Origin: Taishania sp.
GTDB taxonomy: Bacteria; Bacteroidota; Bacteroidia; Flavobacteriales_D; Crocinitomicaceae
Assembly: GCA_030150045.1 (NCBI GenBank)
Contig: JASLGM010000026.1
Span: 37,182 to 101,181 of the forward strand
Length of the DNA: 64,000 bases
Direction of reading: 5' to 3'
Position numbers and translations under genes: made by a program. This document shows, one piece after another, positions 37,255 to 47,226 of this stretch (its first letter is position 1; each line of letters starts with the position of its first letter). The notes below the pieces were generated by a model. It saw nothing but the letters and a program-made list of their open reading frames with translations. It did not search any database and was not told the DNA's origin.

Positions 37255-40200
37255 ATGATTGAAACATTTATCAAACGAAAAGTATTTTCGTTAGTTATTT
37301 CTATCGTAATTGTATTGATGGGGCTTTTATCGCTTTTCAGTCTTCCAATTACGCAATTCCCTGATATCGTTCCACCATCTGTATTGGTGACGGCGCGCTA
37401 TCAAGGAGCAAATGCTGAAGTTGCCGTAGACGCGGTTGCTTTACCTCTAGAAAGAGCCATTAATGGTGTTCCAGGAATGACCTATATGACTTCTGTCGCT
37501 TCAAATGACGGCGTTGTAATGGTTAATATTTACTTTGAAGTAGGGACAGATCCTGACGTTGCTGCAATTAACGTACAAAACAGGGTTGCAATTGTTATTG
37601 ATGAGTTACCCGAAGAAGTAATTCGTGCTGGGGTCGTTACGGAAAAGGAAGTAAACTCAATGTTGATGTATTTAAATATCATCAGTACAGATGATAACGT
37701 AGATGAACAGTTTATTTTTAATTATACAGATATTAATGTCCTACAAGAGTTAAAACGTATTGACGGAGTAGGGCGTGCAGAAATCATGGGCCAGAAAGAA
37801 TACTCCATGCGTGTATGGTTGGATCCCGAAAAAATGATGGCCTATAATATCTCTGCAGATGATGTTGTAAGCGCATTGAGAGCACAAAACGTTGCTGCAG
37901 CCCCTGGTAAAGTGGGTGAAACCTCAGGTAAATTGGATAGTCAATTACAATATGTAATAAAATACAAAGGGAAATTTAAAGAACCTGCTGAATACGCTGA
38001 TATTCCTGTAAGATCTAATTCTGATGGAACGATTTTGAAAATCAAAGACATTGCTAAAGTTGAATTTGGTGCCATGTCCTATGGAATGATTTCCAAAACG
38101 GACGGAAAACCGTCAGCTTCTATCATGATGAAGCAAAGACCTGGTTCAAACGCATCGGAGGTAATAAAAAATGTAAAGGAAAAAATGACGGAACTTAAAG
38201 AAACGTCTTTCCCTCCAGGTATGGACTTTACACTCGCTTATGATGTTTCCAATTTCTTAGATGCTTCCATTCACGAAGTATTGAAAACGTTGATTGAAGC
38301 GTTTATTTTAGTAGCGTTAGTGGTTTTCTTATTCCTTCAAGATTGGAGGTCAACTTTGATTCCAATCTTAGCCGTTCCTGTTTCCTTAATTGGATCGTTT
38401 GCGTTCATGTCTGCTATGGACTTCTCTATTAACTTGTTGACATTGTTCGCTCTAGTTTTAGCAATTGGTATTGTGGTCGATGACGCGATTGTGGTCGTGG
38501 AAGCCGTCCATGTAAAGCTTTCACAAGGGCTTAGTCCTTATGAAGCAACAGTTGAAGCGATGAAAGAAATCACGGGGGCGGTAATCGCAATCACAATTGT
38601 AATGGCTGCCGTATTTATTCCTGTAGCATTCTTAGATGGACCTGTTGGGGTTTTTTATAGACAATTTTCCTTGACGCTGGCGGTGAGTATCTTTATTTCA
38701 GGTGTAAACGCATTAACATTAACCCCGGTTTTATGTACGATTATCTTAAAACCACATGATGCTCATAGCAGTAAAGGTTTGTTGGCTCGTTTTTTTAAAG
38801 CATTTAACACTGGATTTGATAAGGTCACTTTTGGATACACTAAAGTATTGCGCAAATTTGCTGTGCGTAAAGTGGTAACATTAGGATTACTCGTTCTTTT
38901 CTTTTTCCTAGCTTTTGGAATGGGGAAAATGGTCCCGTCAGGATTTATTCCAATGGAAGATCAAGGTATGGTTTATGTGGATGTACGAACTCCTCCAGGA
39001 GCGACTGTGGAGAGAACAGGTGCTGTGTTGGACGAAATATCACGTATCGCTAAATCAATGAAAGGAGTAGATAACGTAACTACACTTGCTGGATATAGTA
39101 TTGTGACTGAGGTTGCTGGGTCTTCTTTTGGAATGGGAATGGTCAATCTAGATCCATGGAGTGAACGGGATTTTGATATGTGGCAATTTATTGAGGAACT
39201 CAAGAAAAAATTAAAACATATCTCTGATGCAGAAATAGAGATATTTGCACCTCCAACTGTTCCTGGATTTGGAAATACTTCTGGTTATGAATTGAGATTG
39301 AAAGACAGATCAAGAGTGTCTATTGAACAAATGGACAAAGTGAATAAAGAATTTGTAACTGCCTTGAATAAAGCACCAGAATTACAAAGTAACTTCTCTT
39401 CCTTTGATGCTTCATATCCACAATTTATGATTCATATTGATTACGATATGGCTGCAAAAAAAGGTGTTTCTGTTTCCAATGCAATGAATACACTAGAAAC
39501 TTTGTTGGGGTCTTATTATGCCACAAACTTTATTCGTTTCCAACAGATGTATAAAGTAATGGTGCAAGCTGGACCTGAGTTCCGACAAAACCCTGAAAGC
39601 ATTCTGAGTATGTACACGAAAAATAACGCAGGTGAGATGGTTCCGTTTTCTACTTTTATTCGTTTAGAACGTATTTACGGACCTGAAATTCTTACCCGAT
39701 ATAATATGTATGCTTCTGCAATGATTAATGGGGAGCCATCTGCTGGATATTCTTCTGGACAAGCTATTGATGCAGTAGAAAAAATTGCTAAAGAAAAACT
39801 TCCTCGTGGATTCGAAATTGAATGGTCAGGAATGACACGTGAGGAAATCCTATCAGGAAATCAAACCGTGTACATTTTCGGTTTGTGTATTCTTTTCGTT
39901 TACCTCGTGTTGTCCGCTCAGTACGAAAGTTTCTTATTACCATTGGCGGTGTTATTAAGCTTGCCTACTGGTTTGTTTGGAGCCTACTTCTTACTTTGGC
40001 TAACCGGATTGCAGAACAATATCTACGCACAAGTGGCCGTGGTCATGTTGATTGGTTTATTGGCTAAAAATGCCATCCTTATTGTAGAGTTTGCCCTGCA
40101 ACGCTACCATGAAACGGGCGAAATTTACGAAGCTGCTATCGAAGGAGCAAAAGAAAGGTTTAGACCTATCTTAATGACTTCATTTGCTTTTGTTGCGGGA

Positions 40201-40368
40201 TTAGTTCCATTATGTATCGCAAGTGGTGCAGGGGCAGTAGGAAACCGCTCCATCGGAACCGCAGCAGCTGGGGGAATGCTTATTGGAACACTTTTCGGAT
40301 TGGTAATCATTCCAGGTTTATACATCATTTTCGCCAAACTACAATTTGGCTCGAAAAAGAAGAATTAA
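37255..40368 (+). CDS. efflux RND transporter permease (AcrB family)
   Basis: 1037 aa with 12 TM segments and two large periplasmic loops. Conserved GIVVDDAIVVVE is present. Confidence 0.95.
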   Translation: MIETFIKRKVFSLVISIVIVLMGLLSLFSLPITQFPDIVPPSVLVTARYQGANAEVAVDAVALPLERAINGVPGMTYMTSVASNDGVVMVNIYFEVGTDPDVAAINVQNRVAIVIDELPEEVIRAGVVTEKEVNSMLMYLNIISTDDNVDEQFIFNYTDINVLQELKRIDGVGRAEIMGQKEYSMRVWLDPEKMMAYNISADDVVSALRAQNVAAAPGKVGETSGKLDSQLQYVIKYKGKFKEPAEYADIPVRSNSDGTILKIKDIAKVEFGAMSYGMISKTDGKPSASIMMKQRPGSNASEVIKNVKEKMTELKETSFPPGMDFTLAYDVSNFLDASIHEVLKTLIEAFILVALVVFLFLQDWRSTLIPILAVPVSLIGSFAFMSAMDFSINLLTLFALVLAIGIVVDDAIVVVEAVHVKLSQGLSPYEATVEAMKEITGAVIAITIVMAAVFIPVAFLDGPVGVFYRQFSLTLAVSIFISGVNALTLTPVLCTIILKPHDAHSSKGLLARFFKAFNTGFDKVTFGYTKVLRKFAVRKVVTLGLLVLFFFLAFGMGKMVPSGFIPMEDQGMVYVDVRTPPGATVERTGAVLDEISRIAKSMKGVDNVTTLAGYSIVTEVAGSSFGMGMVNLDPWSERDFDMWQFIEELKKKLKHISDAEIEIFAPPTVPGFGNTSGYELRLKDRSRVSIEQMDKVNKEFVTALNKAPELQSNFSSFDASYPQFMIHIDYDMAAKKGVSVSNAMNTLETLLGSYYATNFIRFQQMYKVMVQAGPEFRQNPESILSMYTKNNAGEMVPFSTFIRLERIYGPEILTRYNMYASAMINGEPSAGYSSGQAIDAVEKIAKEKLPRGFEIEWSGMTREEILSGNQTVYIFGLCILFVYLVLSAQYESFLLPLAVLLSLPTGLFGAYFLLWLTGLQNNIYAQVAVVMLIGLLAKNAILIVEFALQRYHETGEIYEAAIEGAKERFRPILMTSFAFVAGLVPLCIASGAGAVGNRSIGTAAAGGMLIGTLFGLVIIPGLYIIFAKLQFGSKKKN

Positions 40369-40369
40369 T

Positions 40370-41806
40370 ATGAGAAATATACTTTATTTAGCAAGTGGCT
40401 TATTATTATTGACCGCTTGCTCGGTGAGCAAAAATATGGAGGAAACGCACAAGAAATTGGAAGTGCCCTCCCAGGTAAACAACATTCAATTAGATACCGT
40501 AACTACTTTTGTTGCACCTACAATTGAAACGTTCTTTGCTGATCCAGGATTGATAGCGCTGTATAACGTTGTCAAAAATTCAAACTTGGATTATCAAATT
40601 GTGCAAGAACGAATTGCCATTGCAAATCAATATTTGAAAAGGAGTAAATTAGCTTTACTTCCTTCGTTAAATGCAAGGCTTGGAGCTTCAGGAACAAAAT
40701 TTGGTGAGTATACCATGGAAGGCGTGGGTAATAAAGAAACCAACATTTCACCAACTATTTCAGATAATGAAAGAGTGAACACAAACATAACTCCAGATTT
40801 ATACCTTGGTCTACAAGCAAATTGGGAAATCGATGTTTGGGGAAAGCTGAGAAACGAGAAAAAAGCCGCACAGCAAAAGTTTTTCGCTTCACACGAAGGA
40901 CTTAAATTATTGAAAGTGGAAGTATTCACAAACCTTGCCGTGTTGTATTACGACCTGATCGCATTGGATAAACAGTTGAAGATTTATGAAGACAACTTGA
41001 TCATTCAAGAAAAAGCTTCTGAAATTATCTTGGCTCAACGTTCTACAGGAAAAGCAACAGAATTGGCTGTGCAATCGTTCTTGGCGCAGAATAACAATTT
41101 GAAAGCATCTATTGAAGCTATCAAATCAGATATTTTTGAAAAGGAAAGAGCCATTTTAGCTTTAGCAGGAGTGTATAATGGAGAGGTATTGCGTTCCGAT
41201 AATTTTATCAACAAACAGTTGACTTATTTGAATGCTATGCACAACGTCGATACAATCATTCATTGTCGTCCTGATGTGAAAAAAGCTTACTTGGAATTCG
41301 GAGCTTCTTTGCATCAAGTAAAAGCTTCCCGTGCAGCGTTTTACCCCAAAATAGAAATCGGTGGTTTTATCGCTATGAATGCATTTAAAGGAAATGTTTG
41401 GTTTAATCCAGGGTCGCTGGCTTGGCAATTTTTAGGGAATTTAACAGCACCAATTTTCAATCAAGGGGAATTGAGAATGCGATATAATATTGCAAATAGT
41501 GAACAGAATATTGCCTTTATCGAGTACCGAAAATCCGTTTTGGGAGCCTATAACGAACTTAGCGCCATGCTAAATCAGTTAGAAGCTAACCAAAAAATCC
41601 TAACGCTTAAAGAGCAAGAAGTAGGATATTTGGATAGGGGTGTTGAGGTGGCTAATGACTTGTATATCACTGGATACGCGAATTATTTAGAAATCATTAC
41701 CGCACAGAAAACAAGTCTTTCTGCACAGTTAGAATACGTGGATTATCAGTTGAGAAGCTCTCGAGCACTTGTGAAATTGTACAAAGCATTGGGAGGAACA
41801 ATGTAA
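40370..41806 (+). CDS. efflux outer membrane factor lipoprotein (NodT/TolC family)
   Basis: The start at MRNILYLASGLLLLTAC lies 1 nt after the pump stop. The protein is a two-repeat OEP. Confidence 0.9.
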   Translation: MRNILYLASGLLLLTACSVSKNMEETHKKLEVPSQVNNIQLDTVTTFVAPTIETFFADPGLIALYNVVKNSNLDYQIVQERIAIANQYLKRSKLALLPSLNARLGASGTKFGEYTMEGVGNKETNISPTISDNERVNTNITPDLYLGLQANWEIDVWGKLRNEKKAAQQKFFASHEGLKLLKVEVFTNLAVLYYDLIALDKQLKIYEDNLIIQEKASEIILAQRSTGKATELAVQSFLAQNNNLKASIEAIKSDIFEKERAILALAGVYNGEVLRSDNFINKQLTYLNAMHNVDTIIHCRPDVKKAYLEFGASLHQVKASRAAFYPKIEIGGFIAMNAFKGNVWFNPGSLAWQFLGNLTAPIFNQGELRMRYNIANSEQNIAFIEYRKSVLGAYNELSAMLNQLEANQKILTLKEQEVGYLDRGVEVANDLYITGYANYLEIITAQKTSLSAQLEYVDYQLRSSRALVKLYKALGGTM

Positions 41807-41827
41807 AACGAAAATTAAATAAAGGAA

Positions 41828-41855
41828 AGGAGGTAAGCAATTGCCTCCTTTTTTT
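41828..41855 (+). terminator. intrinsic terminator of the RND operon
   Basis: AGGAGGTAA..TTGCCTCCT followed by TTTTTT. Confidence 0.75.
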
Positions 41856-41883
41856 ATGCATACCTTTTTGCAATTTTTCTTTA

Positions 41884-41994
41884 GGGCGTTACCTTGCCAA
41901 ATACTTGGCAAGGTCAGGCTTTTCGTTACTAGTCCGCTTTATCCCCAAAAAAAAATGGGAATAAATGCGGGCTATTCACTGCAATCCTTAACGC
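41884..41994 (-). repeat. Rep-B copy 2
   Basis: The reverse complement reads GCGTTAAGGATTGCAGTGAATAGC, hairpin, ACTAGTAACGAAAAGCCTGAC, CCTTGCCAA-GTAT-TTGGCAAGG, TAACGCCC. Confidence 0.9.
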
Positions 41995-42178
41995 GGAAAT
42001 CTCTGTTTCCAAAAATAAATCGATAGAAATGTGAACAAATTTCAATCAAATAAGCAAGAAACGTTTCCTTTAATTAACCGATTTATAGCGTAAAAATCAA
42101 AAAAGAAAGACATCTTATTGTCAGAATATCTTTTTTACATACATTCGAGAAAATTATTGCATCTGATTACAGTGAACT

Positions 42179-43339
42179 ATGCTCAATAAAATACTACTTC
42201 TTTTCCTTGTCTTAATTGTGCAAAACGTTTTTTCTCAATTCATTTTTGGATGCACAGATCCAGAAGCATTGAATTACAATAACGTAGCCGATGCAAATGA
42301 CTTCTCATGTCAATACGCACATACCACCGTCCAACTTTCTGGGAACGCCTGTAAACAATTACCATCTTATATCAATGAATCCTCAGGATTAGCATTTTAT
42401 AATTCACTTTTATGGACACATAATGACGACGGCCGCGCCCTTATCTTCGGATTAAACCCAAATACATTAGCCGTTGAAATTCAATTAGAATTACCCATTC
42501 AAGTGGTCGATTGGGAAGAAATACAGATTCATAACGATATACTTTACATTGGTGATTTTGGAAACAATTCAGACGGCGCCCGCACAGATTTAAACATTTA
42601 TAAATATTCATTTCAAACCGGACTGGTAGAAACCATTCGATTTACCTATAACGACCAAACAACAATAGATCCCGTTGGGCCTAATCAAACCAATTTTGAT
42701 TGTGAAGCATTTTTAGTCTCCGACACCATGATTTATCTGTTCACAAAAAGATGGGGAGATCACCAGAGTGGATTCTATAAATTACCCAATCAAAGTGGAG
42801 CGCAAGTAGCCGTTTTTCAAAACCTTATTCCTGTAGATGGATTGATTACTGGAGCAACATTTGGAAAAGAAAATGAAATAGTCTTAGTCGGATATAATGC
42901 ATTGTTGGTTCCTTTTGTGATTTCCTTGAAAGGATTTGAAAACGATCAGTTTTCGCGTGCAAACTTGCGTAAACGAAGAATTAATAAAGATTTCTTTCAA
43001 GTAGAAGGTATTGCCTACGACAGAGCGACACAAACTTATTTCATTTCTTCAGAAGAATTCATTTTCTATGGGAACTATTATGCGCCAAATGTATGCACAT
43101 TTACTTGGGAGAATATACTTACAACGGGAAGTGTATCGAATGAAAATGATTGGTTCAAAATGTCCACAAAAGGAGTTGATGTACTTACACCAAATAGTGT
43201 TCAGATTGTAGATACGATGGGTAAAGAAATGTATCGCGGAGAACAACAAATCTCTCTTTCATTTCAAGATTGGACTTCAGGAGTTTATTTGATACGAAAC
43301 GAAAAAACCGGACAATCAAGCCGGTTTTTAGTACAATGA
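42179..43339 (+). CDS. secreted protein with T9SS type-A C-terminal sorting domain
   Basis: 386 aa with a signal peptide. The ESSGL-containing beta-propeller-like body may be SdiA-regulated-domain-like. The C-terminal tail VDTMGKEMY..GVYLIRNEKTGQSSRFLVQ matches the Por-type CTD. Confidence 0.85.
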   Translation: MLNKILLLFLVLIVQNVFSQFIFGCTDPEALNYNNVADANDFSCQYAHTTVQLSGNACKQLPSYINESSGLAFYNSLLWTHNDDGRALIFGLNPNTLAVEIQLELPIQVVDWEEIQIHNDILYIGDFGNNSDGARTDLNIYKYSFQTGLVETIRFTYNDQTTIDPVGPNQTNFDCEAFLVSDTMIYLFTKRWGDHQSGFYKLPNQSGAQVAVFQNLIPVDGLITGATFGKENEIVLVGYNALLVPFVISLKGFENDQFSRANLRKRRINKDFFQVEGIAYDRATQTYFISSEEFIFYGNYYAPNVCTFTWENILTTGSVSNENDWFKMSTKGVDVLTPNSVQIVDTMGKEMYRGEQQISLSFQDWTSGVYLIRNEKTGQSSRFLVQ

Positions 43340-43343
43340 GTTA

Positions 43344-43838
43344 TTAGATTGCAGTGAAGTGACATTCAAAACCAAGACTCTTCCAGTTCTCGTTGTCAAT
43401 AAGATGATCTTGATCTAATTCTGGAATTCGTTTAAATCCAGCACTGCTATAACAACGTATTCCATCTGTGTTCCATTCATAAAGATGTGCGATAACGCGA
43501 TGCTTTTTAAGGTTGTGGTTTGCAATATCAAGTACTCGCTCCACCATTTCGCGACCTATACCTTGCCCTCTAAAATTAGGGTCAGCAATAATTACACGAC
43601 AAATTTCGGCAGTATCCTCATCTAATTCACGAATAGCCGCATGGCCAATCAATTGATCCTCTTTCCAAACACTAAATAAATGTAAATCTGGATTAGCAAG
43701 ATCGTTAGCCAATTTCTCAGCTGTAACCGGATAAATTAAATGAAGACCATCCAATTGACGTGTAACATTTTCGTTGGTGCACCAGTTGATGAAAGTTGTA
43801 AAATCTGATGCATGGAACGGAAGAAATTCAATATTCAT
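43344..43838 (-). CDS. GNAT-family N-acetyltransferase
   Basis: The acetyl-CoA binding motif RGQGIGREMV follows a beta strand. The start at MNIEFLPF is preferred. Confidence 0.85.
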   Translation of the reverse strand: MNIEFLPFHASDFTTFINWCTNENVTRQLDGLHLIYPVTAEKLANDLANPDLHLFSVWKEDQLIGHAAIRELDEDTAEICRVIIADPNFRGQGIGREMVERVLDIANHNLKKHRVIAHLYEWNTDGIRCYSSAGFKRIPELDQDHLIDNENWKSLGFECHFTAI

Positions 43839-43865
43839 TTTGCGTGTTTTTTTGAAAAAAAGATA

Positions 43866-43891
43866 CAAAAAAAGCGTCCATTGGGACGCTT
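43866..43891 (-). terminator. intrinsic terminator of the SIMPL-domain gene
   Basis: AAGCGTCC..GGACGCTT plus a T-run on the minus strand. Confidence 0.7.
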
Positions 43892-43901
43892 TAGAAAAAA
43901 A

Positions 43902-44633
43902 TTATTTAGTGTTGTAATCTAGCTTAATGGTAATGGATGCCGTTTTATTCTTCGAAGAAGTGTTGTAATTTCCACCCCAAGAATAATCTTCACTCGTGTT
44001 TTTACCAATGATTTGAATTACGCCCATGTTTGCATTCTTTAAGTTAGAAAGCTTCCCTTTCGCGTTTGAAGCAATAATTTCAGCTCTTTTTCGAGCATCC
44101 TGCGTTGCATTTTCAATCATCTTCAATTTTAAATCCGCCAACTTTGTATAATGATACTCAGGATCATTTGACGTCAACTCAATGTTTTCGGCAATCAAGT
44201 CTGAAACCTCACGAGATAAACGCTCGACTTTTTCTACATCCGAAGATTCAATACGAACTGTTTGGGACAAATTATATCCGGTAAAAACGGAACGTTGAAA
44301 ATTCCCATTTGAATCATACGTATTGTCATATAATTGATTGATATTTACTGCAGAAAAAACAATATCTTTTTCATTTATTCCAAAGTTTTTCAAATATGAC
44401 ATGATTTTTTTCTTGTCCTGTTCCAGCTCCAAAGAAGCATGTTTTAAATTTACATTTGCTTTTGAAAAATGCCCTTGCCATACGATTAAATCGGAGGTGA
44501 AATGCTCCTGCGCCTGACCTGTTACGGCAATGACTTGACTAGAAGTGTATTTGCTTTTGTAGGCGTTTGCTAGAATTGCCACAGAAACAATCGTTGTTAC
44601 GGCGAAAATTCCTGAAATCGTTGTGCTTCTCAT
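43902..44633 (-). CDS. SIMPL (DUF541) domain protein
   Basis: 243 aa with an N-terminal TM anchor. Pattern typical of SIMPL-family periplasmic proteins; family recalled, not searched. Confidence 0.75.
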   Translation of the reverse strand: MRSTTISGIFAVTTIVSVAILANAYKSKYTSSQVIAVTGQAQEHFTSDLIVWQGHFSKANVNLKHASLELEQDKKKIMSYLKNFGINEKDIVFSAVNINQLYDNTYDSNGNFQRSVFTGYNLSQTVRIESSDVEKVERLSREVSDLIAENIELTSNDPEYHYTKLADLKLKMIENATQDARKRAEIIASNAKGKLSNLKNANMGVIQIIGKNTSEDYSWGGNYNTSSKNKTASITIKLDYNTK

Positions 44634-44674
44634 AAATGATTGTTTTTTTGAATTGAATATATTTACAAATACGA

Positions 44675-44893
44675 TTACAAACAGTTTGCCAACTTTGTAA
44701 AATGATCACGCATTTGCGTAAAAAAACTTACCTCCGTTTCCGAAGAAATTAAATTTTTAGTGTTTTGAAAAGCATCTGTAAGAATCCCTTTTAATTCATT
44801 GAAACGATTTTCATCAAAATATTCTGTTGCGGTTCCCACTGCAATCTCGTCCATTTCGTCAAGATATTGCGCGATTGATAATAAAGTATCCAT
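44675..44893 (-). CDS. hypothetical small helical protein
   Basis: 72 aa, acidic, with no recognisable motif. Confidence 0.45.
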   Translation of the reverse strand: MDTLLSIAQYLDEMDEIAVGTATEYFDENRFNELKGILTDAFQNTKNLISSETEVSFFTQMRDHFTKLANCL

Positions 44894-45143
44894 TTCGAAA
44901 AAAAAATAGGGTTAATAACTCTTTGTATGTACACAAAAATAACGCTTAATAAAGACCTGGAAAAACTTTTCAATGCCTATAAACGCCCCATTTTTCACAA
45001 CAATTCTTAAAATTCTAAAGGAAAGTTAAAATGTCAATCCTTTGTCCTATTTTCTCCCGAAAAAGTTCTCGAAAAATTAGCCTCATTCTTTCAATAATAG
45101 ATGTTGAGGAGTCCAAATACAGCTTTTGATTAGATTATTTTTT

Positions 45144-45285
45144 GCAGCCTTAACGGTCTTTGTGCTTTAGTCAAGTCGTGCACCGTAAGTGCTGCACTTT
45201 AGCCAGCGAGCTTCCATTGGTCGCTGCTACCAAAAGGCATTACTAACGCCGCACTTCCTTGAGCTATCGCACGCCGCCCTGGCTG
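45144..45285 (+). repeat. Rep-A copy 6 (subfamily with an extra hairpin)
   Basis: GCAGCCTTAACGGTCTTTGTGCTTTAGTC..GC(G)AGC-TTCCATTGGTC-GCTGC..GAGCTATCGCACGCCGCCCTGGCTG. Differs at 8 of 142 positions from the copy at 47227-47368. Confidence 0.9.
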
Positions 45286-45440
45286 GGGAATCCCAGTGAG
45301 AATATAAGATTCCGTTAAAAGTGAAAGTATTTCTGACTACTTTTTCAAAACCAATTTCAAGCAATTATTCTTAATAAAGAATATTGAAACTCAACGAAGT
45401 GTTTATATTCAAATCCTTATGTAAACGATTTTTTGATAAA

Positions 45441-45594
45441 CAGATCTTCCAGCCCGGGGGAAGTTTCGGTAGCTAAACGTACGTAATACGTTGTGAACCT
45501 TAGTTTTGCGCTGCGACCAACGGAAGCACGTGCAAAGCTGTAGGTGAACACGTTTTTAGAAGTTTACTAAAGAACGTACACCGAAATGGCTGCC
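45441..45594 (-). repeat. Rep-A copy 7
   Basis: The reverse complement reads GGCAGCCATTTCGGTGTACG..TTTAGTAAA..TTTGCAC(G)TGC-TTCCGTTGGTC-GCAGCGCAAA..TTTAGCTACCGAAAC..CCCGGGCTGGAAGATCTG. Confidence 0.9.
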
Positions 45595-45791
45595 AAAACA
45601 GGATTAATTACTATGTTTTTTGTGAGAATAGTGAACTTATATGACATTAAAGCTTTATTTTTGGATTTGTAAACGGATTCACAGAAAAATAAAATCCGCG
45701 TAAAAACAAGTGTAAACCATTAATAATTATTGGTGTTCACTGTTTTGGATAAGGTTGAAAAAGAAAATAAAACGCTAATTACGAAAACATC

Positions 45792-47162
45792 ATGAAAAGA
45801 AAAATGATCATGTTCGGTGCTTTGATGATGGCATCGACGGTACTTGCAAGTTGCAATGGAAATTCCATGGAAAATGACGCTAAAGAATTGGCTGGAGTGC
45901 TTTGTAAAGTAAATGAATTGTCACAAAAGGCAGCCGAATCTGCTGACGTATCTTTAGGTGCAGAAGCGAGTGCTTTAATGGTAGAAGCCGCAAATTTGTC
46001 CAAAAAAATGGAGGATAAATACCGAATGGGAGAGGACAAAGTGAAATTCTTTGAGCTGTTAAACATCGAGCAAGCTAAATGTGTGAATGCGATGACGAAT
46101 CCCATATCAAATACGGGGAATCAAACAGAGGAAACGGCAACTCAAAGCACGCAAAGCTCACAGAATAATGATAAAATCCCGACAATAAAGGCAACTGGCG
46201 GGCAAGGGAAAAATGTAAATTGGCCAGCGATTAAAGCAGAAGCTGAAAAAAATGACGGTCCCGAATTTTTTTACAACGGATGTGAGCAAGGAGTAACGCC
46301 TCTTCGTGCTTCCTCTACGTTGGCAGGACAAGGCGCTAAAAGTTATGGTGTCAAAAACCTTTATGATTTCAACCCGATGACGGCGTGGGTAGAAGGAAAA
46401 GAAGATTACGGAATTGGTGAATCCTTCGAAATTAAAGGCGAAGGGGTGAATCATATTTATAATGGCTATCAATCTTCACCTAAAACTTGGGCGGATAATT
46501 CGAGGGTAAAAATCTTTAAAGTATACAAAAATAATGTCCCTCTTTGCTTTTTGGAATTGAAAGACGAAATGGGACAACAGTATTTTGAACTTCCTGATCA
46601 CAACACGGATCAAGTCAAAGCAAATACGTATAAATTCGAAATCGTGGAAGTGTATCCAGGAGCAAAATGGAAAGATGTAGCCATCTCTGAAATTGGATAT
46701 TCTCTGTGTTGTTTTTCAAGCTCAACGCTGATCAGTACTAAATTAACTGCTCAAAGCATCACCAACCTTAAAGAAGGAAACGAAATCTATTCCGTGGACA
46801 TCAATAATGGGAAAGTGACGAGCGCGCAAGTGTTGAAAACTACGAAACAAACCCACTTAAGCTTATTGCAAATAGCGTGTGAAAATTCAAAAATTGAAGT
46901 GACAAGTGATCATCCATTATACATCAAGGATCAAGGGTTTATGTCCGTTGCGCGTTATATGCGAATCAAAAATATTGAGAACTATGCTGATTTAGTAGGG
47001 AAAATCGAATTCATGGTTTGGAACGAAAAAACGCAAAGTTTGGTGTACGAAAAATTACAATCTATTTCCCTTATTACAGGTGAATTTGATACGTACAGTA
47101 TTTCTAAATTGAAAGAAGGAAGTACGTTCATTGCAAATGGATTCGTGACGAAAACGTACTAA
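45792..47162 (+). CDS. lipoprotein with a glycan-binding-like middle domain and a C-terminal Hint (Hedgehog/intein-like) domain
   Basis: 456 aa with lipobox VLASC. The middle domain has NLYDFNPMTAWVEGKEDYGIGESFEI...DVAISEI. The Hint blocks follow: CCFSSSTLIS (block A Cys), IEVTSDHPLY (TxxH block B) and STFIANGFVTKTY (block F/G without the terminal HN). The protein stops 3 residues later. Confidence 0.85.
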   Translation: MKRKMIMFGALMMASTVLASCNGNSMENDAKELAGVLCKVNELSQKAAESADVSLGAEASALMVEAANLSKKMEDKYRMGEDKVKFFELLNIEQAKCVNAMTNPISNTGNQTEETATQSTQSSQNNDKIPTIKATGGQGKNVNWPAIKAEAEKNDGPEFFYNGCEQGVTPLRASSTLAGQGAKSYGVKNLYDFNPMTAWVEGKEDYGIGESFEIKGEGVNHIYNGYQSSPKTWADNSRVKIFKVYKNNVPLCFLELKDEMGQQYFELPDHNTDQVKANTYKFEIVEVYPGAKWKDVAISEIGYSLCCFSSSTLISTKLTAQSITNLKEGNEIYSVDINNGKVTSAQVLKTTKQTHLSLLQIACENSKIEVTSDHPLYIKDQGFMSVARYMRIKNIENYADLVGKIEFMVWNEKTQSLVYEKLQSISLITGEFDTYSISKLKEGSTFIANGFVTKTY

Positions 47163-47185
47163 TATTATTTAATTATTCTTTATTA

Positions 47186-47224
47186 AACCGTTGATGTGAG
47201 CAATCATGTCAGCGGTTTTTTTTT
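47186..47224 (+). terminator. intrinsic terminator of the Hint-domain gene
   Basis: Imperfect hairpin AACCGTTGA..TCAGCGGTT followed by a 9-nt T-run. Rep-A starts right after it. Confidence 0.6.
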
Positions 47225-47226
47225 GG

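Noticed and set aside
46690-47162. The Hint domain as a true intein.
   Set aside because: There is no C-extein, because the protein ends 3 residues after the domain. The terminal His-Asn is absent and there is no homing endonuclease insert. It is a Hedgehog/BIL-type Hint domain and not a splicing intein.
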